A stretch of DNA of 24,080 nt from Chiloscyllium plagiosum. Taxonomy: Eukaryota. This document shows, piece after piece, positions 1 to 9,737 of this stretch. The notes beneath the pieces are model-generated. The model saw only the letters and a program-made list of their open reading frames with translations, did no database searches and had not been told where the DNA came from. Position 1 is the stretch's first letter, and each line of letters begins with the position of its first letter. The DNA is taken from NCBI RefSeq assembly GCF_004010195.1, contig NC_057718.1, positions 86,082,683-86,106,762 of the forward strand, given 5' to 3'. Made by a program: the position numbers and the translations under genes.

Positions 1-98
1 TTATTCCTGATGAAGGGCTTTTGCCAGAAACGTCAATTTCGCTGCTCCTTGGATGCTGCCTGAATTGCTGTGCTCTTCCAGCACCACTAATCCAGAAT
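1..98 (+). mobile_element. Short non-autonomous Penelope-type element (family A) with degenerate minimal hammerhead motif; may be cut by the window edge
   Basis: CTGATGA 7-13, A, GGGC-TTTT-GCCA stem II (one mismatch), GAAACGTC 27-34, then the body CTGCTCCTTGGATGCTGCCTGA..GCTGTGCT..TCCAGCACCAC shared with the copies at 2276, 7201, 16335 and 17263. Confidence 0.8.
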
Positions 99-109
99 AT
101 AAACTATCT

Positions 110-428
110 ACAGCATTGGAGCTCCAGTTACTGCACAGAGTGTGCCTTTCCAGGAAGTTAGTGATGTCTCTTTGTTACAAATCAGTTCCAATTGTGTCTC
201 TGGGTATTCTGTGTCTGTAGCTTTAAAGATCACCTCAGGCTTTGAGCTCTCATACCTCCAGCTCTTTGTGAGCATTAGACCGAGACCTTTACAGTGGCCT
301 GTAAGCTCCTGTACAACACTGTATGAAAACAGGGACATTTGCAAGGCTTTGGTGTGCTCACACCGACATCTTTTTCACCACAGATGAGGTTCACCAGTCA
401 GAAAGATGGCCACAGGTTTCAGGAATCT
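110..428 (+). pseudogene. PIF/Harbinger (HARBI1-like) transposase N-terminal remnant, frameshifted
   Basis: Across frames it reads SVSVALKITS/ALSSHTSSSL (VALKIT at 217-234; cf. LPVALKVTAALNFYASGSFQ), APVQHCMKTGT (cf. SAVHRCIxxVT) and FTTDEVHQSER/ATGF (cf. FPTDExxQxERAxGF), in the expected order. Confidence 0.6.
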
Positions 429-594
429 NNNNNNNNNNNNNNNNNNNNNNNNNNNNNNNNNNNNNNNNNNNNNNNNNNNNNNNNNNNNNNNNNNNNNNNN
501 NNNNNNNNNNNNNNNNNNNNNNNNNNNNNNNNNNNNNNNNNNNNNNNNNNNNNNNNNNNNNNNNNNNNNNNNNNNNNNNNNNNNNNNNNNNNNN
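429..594. other. Assembly gap (166 N)
   Basis: Run of N from 429 to 594. Confidence 1.
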
Positions 595-1313
595 ATCAAG
601 AATTTATCAATCTCTGCCTTGAAGCCATTCAATGCCTCGGCCCCCACGGCACACCGTCACTATAAATTTCACAGGTCACCACTCTCTGGCTGAAGAAATA
701 TCTCCTCATTTCCATTCTAAATTGACCCCCTTTAATTTTAAGGATATGCCCATGGGTCCTAAACTCCCCACCTAATGGAAACAACTACCCAGCGCCTACC
801 CTTTCTAAGCCATGCATTGTCCTGTAAGTTGCTATTAGAATTCCTCTCAACCTTCTAAACTCTAATGGATACAATCCCAAGAGCATCAGCCGATCATTGC
901 ATTTTAGGCCTACCATTCCAGGGATCATCTGTGTGAATCTCTGCTGGACACGCTCCGTGCCAGTATGTGCTTCCTGAGATGTGGGTCCCAAAATTGGACA
1001 CAGTACTCCAAATGGGGCCTAACTAGAGCTTTATAAAGTCTCAGTAACACATCACTGCTTTTACGTTACAACCCTCTTGAGATAAATTACAAAATTACAT
1101 TTGCTTTTTTAATCATGGATTCAACCTGCAAGTCAACTTTAGAGAATCCTGGACTAGCACTCCCAGATCCCTTTGTACTTTGGCTTTATAAATTTTCTCA
1201 CCGTTTAAAAACGAGTCTATGCCTGTATTCTTTCTCCCATAATTGCAAGACCTCACATTTGCTCACGTTGAATTTCATCAGCTATTTCCTGGGCCACTCT
1301 CCGAAACTGTCAA
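595..1313 (-). mobile_element. CR1 LINE 3' fragment (ORF2 C-terminus plus part of the 3' UTR)
   Basis: ORF 785-991(-) [44 protein letters not shown] matches the CR1 ORF2 tail ERVQRRFTRMIPG...RLxxLGLxSLExRRLRGDLIxxY. Confidence 0.9.
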
Positions 1314-1314
1314 A

Positions 1315-1560
1315 ATGACCCCAGTGAGACACAGGAGATCAGGTGTTGAGTGACATTGCAATAACATTCAAACAAGCACCAAGTCGATCTGTCAAAGGGA
1401 TTAACGTCCTGCTCAACACCACAATGTCACCTCAAGCTATGACCAGTGACAGGACCGTTGTGTTTCTGGCAAAGGTAACGCACGTACTGAAAAGGATGCT
1501 GGGACACACACCATCAACAAGTCCTGGTTAGTAAACCCCCAAGTCAACATCCATCCCTAA
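1315..1560 (+). pseudogene. Harbinger transposase C-terminal remnant
   Basis: From ATG 1315: MTPVRHRRSGVE*HCNNIQTSTKSIC (cf. WLMTPVRxPxTxAExRYNxxHxxTRxxIE). Collinear with and on the same strand as the 110-428 remnant. Confidence 0.55.
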
Positions 1561-2128
1561 GACCAGCCAAATGAATGACAGCAATAACTACACATCCATC
1601 CTCATGTGCATGTATTTAATGAAGGTTATCAGCCATACCATTCCTGTAAAGACATCATAAATTATTCCCCGTGTTCTCCCATATGGACTCAGTGTGATTT
1701 CTTACATTGTTCCTGCCTGCTGCACTGTAGCCTTCCCCATGTGCTGCCAGTAGTCCTGGAGGCAGGCGACTGACTCTAATATCCCTTTGTCTGGAATGGC
1801 CTTGGGGGTGGTCCTCTGTTTGGCTGAGTCTGTCTGGGCCCTGACATGGTGAGGCTCTCCTGCATAGTGTCAGGAATCTCCTTCATCACCATGGCTCTCA
1901 GAAGCACTGGTATCAGTGGCAGAGGGGAGAGGAGTAACTGTCCCCATCAGGAGTGCCCTGACAGGTACTCCCCGATGGTGACTGCTCCTCCACATGTCCC
2001 ACTCTGAGGTTCACTTGGCCCTCTCTACTTTCCTGACTGAGGGACAATGACCTGATGATGATGTCAGATACCTACATCTCCTTTTCCTTTGCATATTGAG
2101 TTCAGTGATAATGCAATGGATCACTTTA

Positions 2129-2690
2129 ACAACTCTAACAATCATCCTAATGCTAATCCTAACCTTAACCCGAGACCTAACCAAAGCCCTAACCTTACAA
2201 TAAACCTCTACACGAACCCTAACCCTGAACCTAAGGCCTCATTCTAAACATTCTAAACCCCAACCCTAATCCTAACTTGATGAAGGGTTTATGCCTGAAA
2301 TGTCAATTCTCCTGCTCCTTGGATGCTGCCTGACCGGCTGTGCTTTTCCTGCACCACACACTTTGACTCTGATCTCCAACATCTGCAGTTCTCACATTCT
2401 CCTCATCCTAACCTTCAAGTTAATTGCACCCAAAATCTGAACCCAAACTGGAACCTTAAACCTAACCCTGAAGACTAATCATAACCTGAATCCGAAAACT
2501 AATTCTGAACTCAAAAACATTCCTAATGCAAACATCTCCTCTAATTCTAACCCTCACATGAATCTAACCCAAATTGTCACCACAACCCTAACCATAACTT
2601 GAAACACTAAACATAAGCTAATCCTAACCCAGCCATGACCTAAGCCCGAGATCTAACCATAACAAAAATTGAACACCCAGCCTAACTCTA
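2129..2690 (+). repeat. Degenerate telomere-like (CCCTAA)n hexamer array, interrupted at 2276-2404
   Basis: Persistent 6-bp period of CCTAAC/CCTAAT/TCTAAC/CCTGAA variants, with several exact CCCTAA/AACCCTAACC units (e.g. near 2215-2226 and 2584-2593); strong C/A strand bias. Confidence 0.8.
2276..2404 (+). mobile_element. Family A Penelope-type element with decayed hammerhead core
   Basis: TTGATGA-A-GGGT-TTAT-GCCT-GAAATGTC, then the family A body and tail (..GACTCTGATCTCCAACATCTGCAGTTCTCAC..). Flanked by ATCCTAAC at 2269-2276 and 2405-2412, a possible TSD. Confidence 0.85.
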
Positions 2691-3199
2691 TTGCAAATCA
2701 GCATGTATATTCCACAGCACCTGATTGACCAACCTCCACCAGAGATTGGAATGTGCTTGTGACCACCCCCCACTCCCTACCGCTCAACAGATATGCACAA
2801 ACCCATCAAGATGTGATGCTTCATGAGACACGAGCCCAAAGCCCCTGTGTAGCTCCCTGTTCCCCCTCAGTGGGCAATGCTGCTCACTGAGGACCGGTTA
2901 CAGGGACCAACTGTTAATCTGTTATAAAAGAACAACAGATTAATGACCTTCGTCTTCATCTGTGATCATTTAAGAGGATACAGACCTTCTCTGGGAAATG
3001 AGTTGAACAGAGTCTGAAAAGCCAACATTTCAGAGGAGATGCCAACATTCTCCCTCTGCCAATGGTGATAACATCTCCCTTCTTCTGCCCTTCCTTCCTG
3101 GAATAAGCTTCGTCCCTCTGAATCTTACCTCATGCACAACCTCCTGCCTCCTCCTGCCCCTCAGCCTTTAGCCTCCCAGTGGGTCTCCAGGTGAGTGAC

Positions 3200-3910
3200 C
3201 AACTACAACATCTCCTTCTCCTCCATCAGAGTCAGTTTGGCCACACCTCCACTGATCCTCGTTCTCTCACTCAGCCTCTTGCAGGACATCAACCACATAG
3301 TCCAGACATGCCCACATCTACTACCCACCTCTGCTAACTCTACCCGATAACTGAGAGACTGGGGAAGGCTCACTCCTCAGCTTTGGGCCTGCCCTGGACG
3401 GGGTGGATGATATCTCCACCTTTGCAAAGGGGTTTGTGAAAGCTGGCGCTGTCACAGGTGACACCAGGGTTAAAGTTCACTGTCTAACCTTCTCCCTCAA
3501 CAATAAAGGTTCAGAACTCTCAATGCTGCCTCCCCATAGCTGAAGGATATTTACACAATCCCACTTCCCCTCAGCTGCCTGCTCATGCCCACAGCCCTGT
3601 ACAATGACGGCTGGAGCTGACTTGCTGTTCACAGCCTGACCCTTCTCCCAGTGGATACCTGCCCTCACCGTGTGCTTCACTGAGGAGGCCCCTGGCACCA
3701 TGTGATTTGGGTGACCAGCTCTTGGTCCCACTGTGAAGGTCATTCAGGTGTGTGAGCACGTGGACCGGGTACTATCCCATCGACCTGCCTGATCCCACTG
3801 ACCAACCTCAAATCCAAGCCCATGTCCCAGCAACAGACCCAGACACATGGCAATAAAAACCCAGTCGGAGAGAGCTTTGGGATCCAGAAATCTGAAAGTA
3901 CCTGTTCCTC
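3200..3910 (-). pseudogene. Harbinger-associated Myb/SANT-like DNA-binding protein remnant
   Basis: Minus-strand fragments in order: TFRFLDPKALSDWV (cf. PRFSDxxLEALxDxV), AW/FEV, STCS/HLNDL at 3750-3736 (cf. QCRKxxNDL), and ERTRISGGVAKLTLMEE at about 3268-3218 (cf. ERxRTGGG..LTxxEE). Convergent with the transposase remnants. Confidence 0.5.
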
Positions 3911-4443
3911 CCAGACAAGGACCATTTAGCACACGTCAGGTCACAGATTCCTCATGTCCTCATGGAACTAAACTAAAATTCACAATTTACAGCATGAGCT
4001 GTTTCTTGTAGGAACACCTGAAACTGGATCCAGCATGAGGAGAGAAAGAGGGAGGGTTTATACACTGAGAGATATATCAGGGGAAAGAACAGAGTGAAAG
4101 TGGGATTGAAAAGATAACAAAACCTGCTTCAGCTTCTGATCAGGAACCCTGAAGATTGCGAGGAAATGGTAGTAAGTGAAAGCTATCTGTTCAATTGTTG
4201 GTAATTCTATTTTCAGAGAGCGGGGGCGATATCAATTGTTGTTGACAGATCTGATTCATCAGACATTAATCCATTATATATAGGAACTAAATCTCTCCTG
4301 TGATCTTGTGCAGTTGCAGAGAGTGAAATTAGTTTGTGGTCTTTGAACCAACAGGCACAGTTAATTTTAATAAGTATTACACAATACAATCTTCACCTAC
4401 ACCGGACGATTGAAGGAGAACAGTTGGGCCAGATCCATCTCAG

Positions 4444-4499
4444 ACTAGAGACTCATAGAAACATACAGCCTCAACTAGAGACTCATAGAAACATACAGC
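4444..4499 (+). repeat. Direct repeat of 26 bp with 30-bp period at a CR1 3' terminus
   Basis: ACTAGAGACTCATAGAAACATACAGC at 4444-4469 and 4474-4499, identical. Confidence 0.95.
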
Positions 4500-5560
4500 G
4501 TGGAAATAAGACCCTTCAGCCCAACTTGTCCATGACACCCAGACATCCCAAATTAATCTCGTCCCAGTTATCAACATTTCATCCTTATCCCTCTAAACCG
4601 ATTTGTCAGTATCTAGATGCCTCTAAAATGTTGTTATTGTACCAGCCTCCACCACTTTCTCTGGCAGCTCCTTTCTAATACACACCACCCTCTGTGTGAA
4701 AATGAGGCCCTCTCAGTTCATTTTAAAGCTTTAGCCCCTCACCTTAAACCTATGGTCTCTGGTTCTGGATTCCCCTACCCTGGGGAAAAGGCCTTTAGCT
4801 CATCACCCCATCCATGTTCTTCATGATTTTATGAACTTCTATAAGGTCATCCCTCAGCATCCAATGCTGCTGGAAATTAGCCCCAACCTATTTAGCCTCT
4901 CCCTATAGCTCAAACCCTCCCATCCTGGCAACATACCTGTCAATATCTTTTGAACCTTTTCATGTTTCACATCAGCCGACCCATAGCAGGGAGACTAGAA
5001 TTGAACGCAGTCTTCCAATGTCCTGTACAGCCACAACATGACCTCCTCCCAATTCCGACACTGAATGTACTGACCAATAAAGCCAAGCATACCAAATGCC
5101 TTCTTCACTATCCTGCCGACCTGTGACTCCACTTTCAAGGAATTATGAACCTGCATTCCAAGAATTCATTGCTCCGCAACAATCCCCAGGACCTTACCAT
5201 CAAGTGTATACATCCTGCCATAATTTACCTTTCCACAATGCAACACCTCATAGTTAGCTAAATTAAACTCCATCTGCCACTCCTCAACCCATTAGTCCAC
5301 CTGACTGAGGTCCTGCTGTACTCTGAGGTAACCTCCTTGGCTCTCCACCACACCAACAATGTTGGTGTCACATGCAAACGTACTAACCGCACTTCCTGTG
5401 TTCATATCCAAATCATTTATAGTAATGACAAAATGCAGTGGACCCAGCACTGATCCTTGTTTCACATCACAGGTCACAGGCTTCCAGGCTGAAAAGCAAC
5501 CCTCCACCACTCCCCTCTGTCTACTACCTTCAAGCAAGTTCTTATCCAAATGGCTAGTTG
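4444..5560 (-). mobile_element. 5'-truncated CR1 LINE (RT C-terminal half, 3' UTR and tail)
   Basis: ORF 5292-5789(-) contains RQRGVVEGCFSAWKPVTCDVKQGSVLGPLHFVITINDLD...STFACDTNI (cf. VTSGVPQGSVLGPLLF...FADDTKI). The reverse complement of a CTATGA-type tail lies near 4446-4490. Confidence 0.92.
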
Positions 5561-5656
5561 TACAGAGATGGCATGTGTCCTCAAAACTGAGGAATTTTGC
5601 GAGGAGGATCGAGTGTTTCACCTGTGAAGTGAGACTGGAAAGGCTTGAATTGGTTT

Positions 5657-6835
5657 CAGTCAAATTCACCGATGTCAAACCGGTGTTCTTCTCCGACCAC
5701 TGCCTCCTGCTGTTCAGCAAGGGAACGTAGAATCCGAACGTGAAACTGCTGATCCCAGAAATCATGGAGAAGTTCAAAAGGGGTTCCACAGGTTGGAGAA
5801 ACGTGAATCGCTACATTGAGTCTCCCTCAGACTTCTGGGAAACAGTCAAGGGGAACATCAACATGATCTTCATTCTCGAAGGTCTTCTGAAGGTGAGAGA
5901 AAAACGGGGGAGAACTGTGAAAACTCCAGAAAAGTGTGCAGATCCTACACCAGGTGTAGATGATGGGGGTCGATGTCATGGAGGATCAACAGGAGGTGAA
6001 CATTCAGCAAGCCTCGCTCGTTAACTTTGAAGCCTCCATGGTAATATCCTGATCCAGGGTCTACACAGTGGAGCAGGATGAGACGAGATCAATGTTTGTT
6101 CTTTGAGAAGTTGCACAGGGAAAGCTCTGTGCTCAGAGCCCGAAGGGAGAAGGTGGATCTGTAAGGCTATCTCAGACTAACATCCTGAGGATCAGCAAAT
6201 CATTTCATGCCGGACTATGTGATAGGAAGCCCACAGACAGCGCAGCCTCCTAGTCATTCCTCCCTCTCATGGTAGGTCTTAGATGACAGCAGCTGGGAGA
6301 GACTGCACCAGCCTCTATCTCTGGGTGTGCTGACCAAGACCCTCGAGTCCTCAGGAAAGAGTATTACTCCAGGAAGTGATGGCTTACCAGCCAAGTTGTA
6401 TTCAATTCTGTGAGACTTGATTGGCCAGGACATGCTGGAATTGGGCAACAAAATGCCTCCAATAGGTAATTTGTGTAAATCCATGAGTAAAGGTATCATC
6501 TCCACATCTGCAATCAGAAGGGGGAGAGGGACAACTGACGACTAATTTAATTGCTGAATGTCAATTAAAATGTCCTGAATAAAGTCATCACCATCCGGGG
6601 CAGTTCTGCTTTGGGATCAGTGATTCACCCCGAGCAAATCTGATCTGTTGAGGCAGCCCCACAATACTCAGGGATAGAATCACCTCCGTACAGGACAGGG
6701 GAGTTGGAAACCTGCCTCATCAGCCTGCACCAGGAGGTCCTTGACACGATCTTACGTACATCCATGGGGGGGTTTTCTCTCCAAAGTAGGCTTTGGAGAG
6801 CGATTCTACATATGAACCATACTCCTCTACACCAA
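5657..6835 (+). mobile_element. Tx1/L1-clade LINE ORF2 fragment (end of endonuclease to RT N-terminal half), decayed
   Basis: DVKPVFFSDHCLLL (EN SDH motif), NVKLL, FWETVKGNI, TPGSDGLPAKLY (about 6366-6401), decayed WRxIxLLNV, VIHPEQ, CLISLHQE (cf. LISLDQEKAFD). Many stops and frameshifts. Confidence 0.8.
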
Positions 6836-6849
6836 CATCATGAGTGCAG

Positions 6850-7150
6850 CCTCAACCATTGCTTGGGAAACAGAAAGCCCACTCTCTCCTTTCCTGTTGT
6901 ATTGTTGACCTGGAGGTGCCTGAATCACTGTCGAAAACAATTCAGGCATTTCTTCCTCTTCAGCAAATGTCAATCTACTGAGAACCTCCTTACAAACGTT
7001 CATCAATCCACCATTGCTCATTTATGCATCAATTCACTCTTTAGATTCAGAACCCGAGTTTCAGACTCTAATTCTTTATTCTCCATCTTAACAGACAATT
7101 CAAGTGTTTTAAGATCACTCTTCCCCAAAACAATAATATTGTAAATTCAT
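6850..7150 (-). mobile_element. Old CR1 ORF2 endonuclease-region remnant
   Basis: Minus strand reads LGKSDLKTLELSVKMENKELESETRVLNLK...AMVD (cf. LGKSDHNMIEFxIxME...SETRVLNL...ELAxVDW). Confidence 0.6.
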
Positions 7151-7200
7151 GCTATTGCATTGTGTCTGTTTGTTTTGGAGAAAGCAGATTAACTTGTTGC

Positions 7201-7234
7201 ATCCTGAAGAAGGGCTTATGCCCGAAACGTCGAT
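7201..7234 (+). ncRNA. Minimal type I hammerhead ribozyme motif with intact core; predicted cleavage after C7231
   Basis: Stem I ATC(7201-03)/GAT(7232-34); CTGAAGA 7204-10; extra A; stem II GGGC-TTAT-GCCC 7212-23; GAA 7224-26; palindromic ACGT 7227-30 in place of stem III; GTC cleavage triplet 7229-31. Activity is not demonstrated. Confidence 0.75.
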
Positions 7235-7293
7235 TCTCCTGTTCCTTGGATGCTGCCTGACCTGCTGCGCTTTTCCAGCAACACATTTTCAGC
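7201..7293 (+). mobile_element. Family A Penelope-type element, best-preserved copy
   Basis: Same body as the copies at 1, 2276 and 16335. Retains CpGs (CCCGAAACGTCG, CTGCGC), consistent with a younger insertion. Confidence 0.85.
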
Positions 7294-7689
7294 AGTTGCT
7301 GCATGCTTACACCTGTTCTCTCGTATCAGTTCAAAGCTATGAGATGTAACAGGTTAGTCCTTTTAAACTGCTATTTATGTTCAAATAGAGCAAGTATCAT
7401 TATAAATAATAACAAATAAAGGTGAGATATCGACAGTGACCGTGTAACGTAACGCATGCATTATTGAGAATATCCCTAAAATGGGAAAGCAGTACTCCAG
7501 AAAGAACTCTGTCCTTGAATCTATGAGGCATGTGAGGGTAGGGTTTGATCCTGAAGATTCGGATTCTGAAGCAGAACACCTTCATGGATCCAGAGCGTGT
7601 TTTTGTTGCTTTTCTCTTTCACTCACAGATTTACAACTTCAATTGGCCTGTTGAATCTCCCTGCTAACTGAGCTTTATCCCAAGTTCCC

Positions 7690-8640
7690 AACACTCTGAC
7701 AAGATTGAACGAATATTCCACTGTGCCGGTAGTGTGGTTCCCCAGAAGAGTAGCAATCCCTATCCAATAAAAGCAAAACCCACGTTTCCAATCTATTCCG
7801 TTTGCACCAGCCCCAGAAACCTCACCAATCATCGGTAAATCCAAAGCACTTCCTCCTGGAACCAATCCTTCTAGCCACATGTTCATCGGCTTAATGTGTA
7901 CTCAGAGTAACAAGGGGATCAGCCTTTCAATTTCTTGCCTGATTTCCTGCATTTTATTGATTGGCATTAATCACTCTTGCTCCCTGCTATTGTCATTAGG
8001 TCATCCAGCTGGAACTGAGAGTGTATGAGTTCCCTGTTTGGGGCTCTGAATCTGATCCAATCAGGGAGCCCTGTCTGAATTAAAAGGATGAATGTCAGGA
8101 ATATTGAGATGCTGAATACCTGACTCAGTAAGAGGCTACTGTCAAAGGAGATGCATTTGTAAATAAATGGGTGATTAATGACAGGATGCCAGCCTCTGAA
8201 GTGTGATTTCACAACCAGACATTGTTGGTGTAAATGTGCACCAGGACCACGGGCTCTTCACTTTCCACACATTCCCATTCCTGCTTCTGTCCCTATCCAG
8301 TAAACACCGCACCCCAAGATATGTTGAAGTTTTTCTGTGATGTTCTCGACCTCGGCACGTTGAGACAATATACCTTCCAGGCTTGATTGAGCATAATGAT
8401 TGCTGGACAGCAAGGGTTCAATGATGAGGGAGTGAAATGACGCAAACCGAGGGTTGAATTGCATGAAGTTAGAAGTGTCTGAGATGAGTAAGTCTTTGAA
8501 GAGAATAATGGAAACTACTGGCATTAAATGGACCTAAAGGCTTCTTGTTGCCTCTTGATGTATGACTAGGATAAGCGTCTAAATGTTTATGGGTGGCCTG
8601 AAATCTTTCCAAGATTGAAATGAATGAACAATGCCTCACA
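7690..8640 (-). mobile_element. Ancient CR1 ORF1 (SGNH esterase) remnant, split by a solo LTR
   Basis: Minus strand in order: MPVVSIILFKDLLISDT, RAEVENITEKLQHILG (cf. GARVxDxxERLQxIL), EEPVVLVHIYTNNV at 8259-8218 (cf. PxVVVHIGTND), [LTR], RKSGKKLKG, MNMWLEG, GFWG, then WIGIATLLG...FNL. Confidence 0.65.
7991..8211 (+). mobile_element. Short solo-LTR-like element (about 221 bp)
   Basis: Begins TG (TGTCAT) and ends CA (ATTTCA); CCAAT 8057-61, TATA-like ATTAAAA 8079-85 and AATAAA 8162-67 in LTR order; cleanly interrupts the CR1 ORF1 remnant. TSD only 2/4 matching. Confidence 0.6.
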
Positions 8641-9598
8641 TTTTCTATATTATATTGCACTGACCATTGTGTGTGCATTCACTCACTGAACCTGTCCTTC
8701 CCCCTCTCAGCGTTCATATGTTCTCCTTGTATTTTACTGTCCCAACTGACATTTTGCAATTAACAGACATCGCACATGATCCCACCATCTCAGCCATTGA
8801 CAGATAATAAGTGGCTGTGCCTGGAGAAGTGGTCCTTGTGGCACTCACTAATACCAGCCCAACAACATGAAGATGACAGATTTATTCCTTCTCTTTGTTT
8901 TCTGTTCTTTATCAGTCCTCAGGCCAAGTCCCATTTCCCCATCACTGTAGGCATCATTGATAGCATTGATACCCGCTAAAATGTTTCCAAATTTGACATT
9001 TCTGCATCCTGGAGTATGCAAATCCCTCCCTGGCCTTACTCCACCATCTCACTTGAAGCTGATCCATCCCATCATCAGTCAGATGTTTAGGTATCTACTG
9101 TGGACATGTGCAGTACACTGCAGGGAACAGAGAATAACTCATCCCCATGTGGTGCTGTGCAGATTTTGTGTCGCAGAATCAGCTCTGAAACATGTCCAGG
9201 ACACTCTTATCCTGGACGGAGGATCATTATTGATTGGAACTTATGTAATCTTTGAGGGTATTTTCCAGTGACTCATTTTATTTGTTTCAATTATTGCCTG
9301 AATTGGAGAAGTTATATTTGAATCAGAAGTTGTATCCATGCAAGGTGAGGCATTCTATTGTGACGTTAGATTTACGAAAACCTACAATGTGTTGTCTCCA
9401 TTAACCAACTATCATCCCTTCACATAACAGGGAACCAGGGAAGCCACATCCCTCTGTTGAGGAGAACATTTCTCAGAGATACACTTAACAACCGGGATTT
9501 AATTTCCAAATGGTCAAAGGCGAGGGAAAGAAGACACTGAAATGAAATGAGATTTCAGTGTTTGATAGATGGTGCTGAAGTGTCAATGCTGGTATACA

Positions 9599-9737
9599 GG
9601 GTGGCACAGTGGCTCAGTAGTCAGCCCTGCTATCTCACAGAGCCAGCAGGTGGGTGTGGGTGGATAGCCTTTGCAGGGTCGGTTTGGACTGGGTGGGCCC
9701 ATTGACCTGCTTCCACTTTGTAAGAATTCTATGAATT
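9599..9737 (+). mobile_element. HE1-type tRNA-derived SINE with a large internal deletion
   Basis: Head GGGTGGCACAGTGGCTCAGTAG..GCCCTGCT..CTCACAG.GCCAG (A-box TGGCTCAGTAG) is joined to a CR1-like tail (GGGTCGGT..GGAC...CCTGCTTCCAC..TGTAAGAATTCTATGAATT). No B-box. Confidence 0.8.

Noticed and set aside
7..34. Active hammerheads in the other copies (1, 2276, 11037, 16335, 20022)
   Set aside because: Each has lesions in the core, the stem II closing pair, stem I or the palindrome; only the 7201 copy is intact.
323..693. ORFs spanning the N run
   Set aside because: Artefacts of translating through the assembly gap.
2129..2690. CRISPR array or true telomere
   Set aside because: No repeat-spacer structure, eukaryotic context, highly degenerate and internal.
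4230..4440. TATA-containing promoter and first exon of the GPCR
   Set aside because: A TATATATAG motif is present near 4275, but no ATG-TM1-donor structure follows and it is ~14 kb from the receptor exon.
5292..5789. 165-aa RT-like ORF as a functional reverse transcriptase
   Set aside because: Chimera of antisense Tx1 sequence and a CR1 fragment; the catalytic motif is mutated (FACD).
9060..9270. Tx1 LINE 3' end (CRF...HVQDTLILD)
   Set aside because: Only a few residues resemble the motif; not enough support.
9599..9650. tRNA gene
   Set aside because: Only an A-box-like head; no B-box/T-arm or cloverleaf. It is a SINE.
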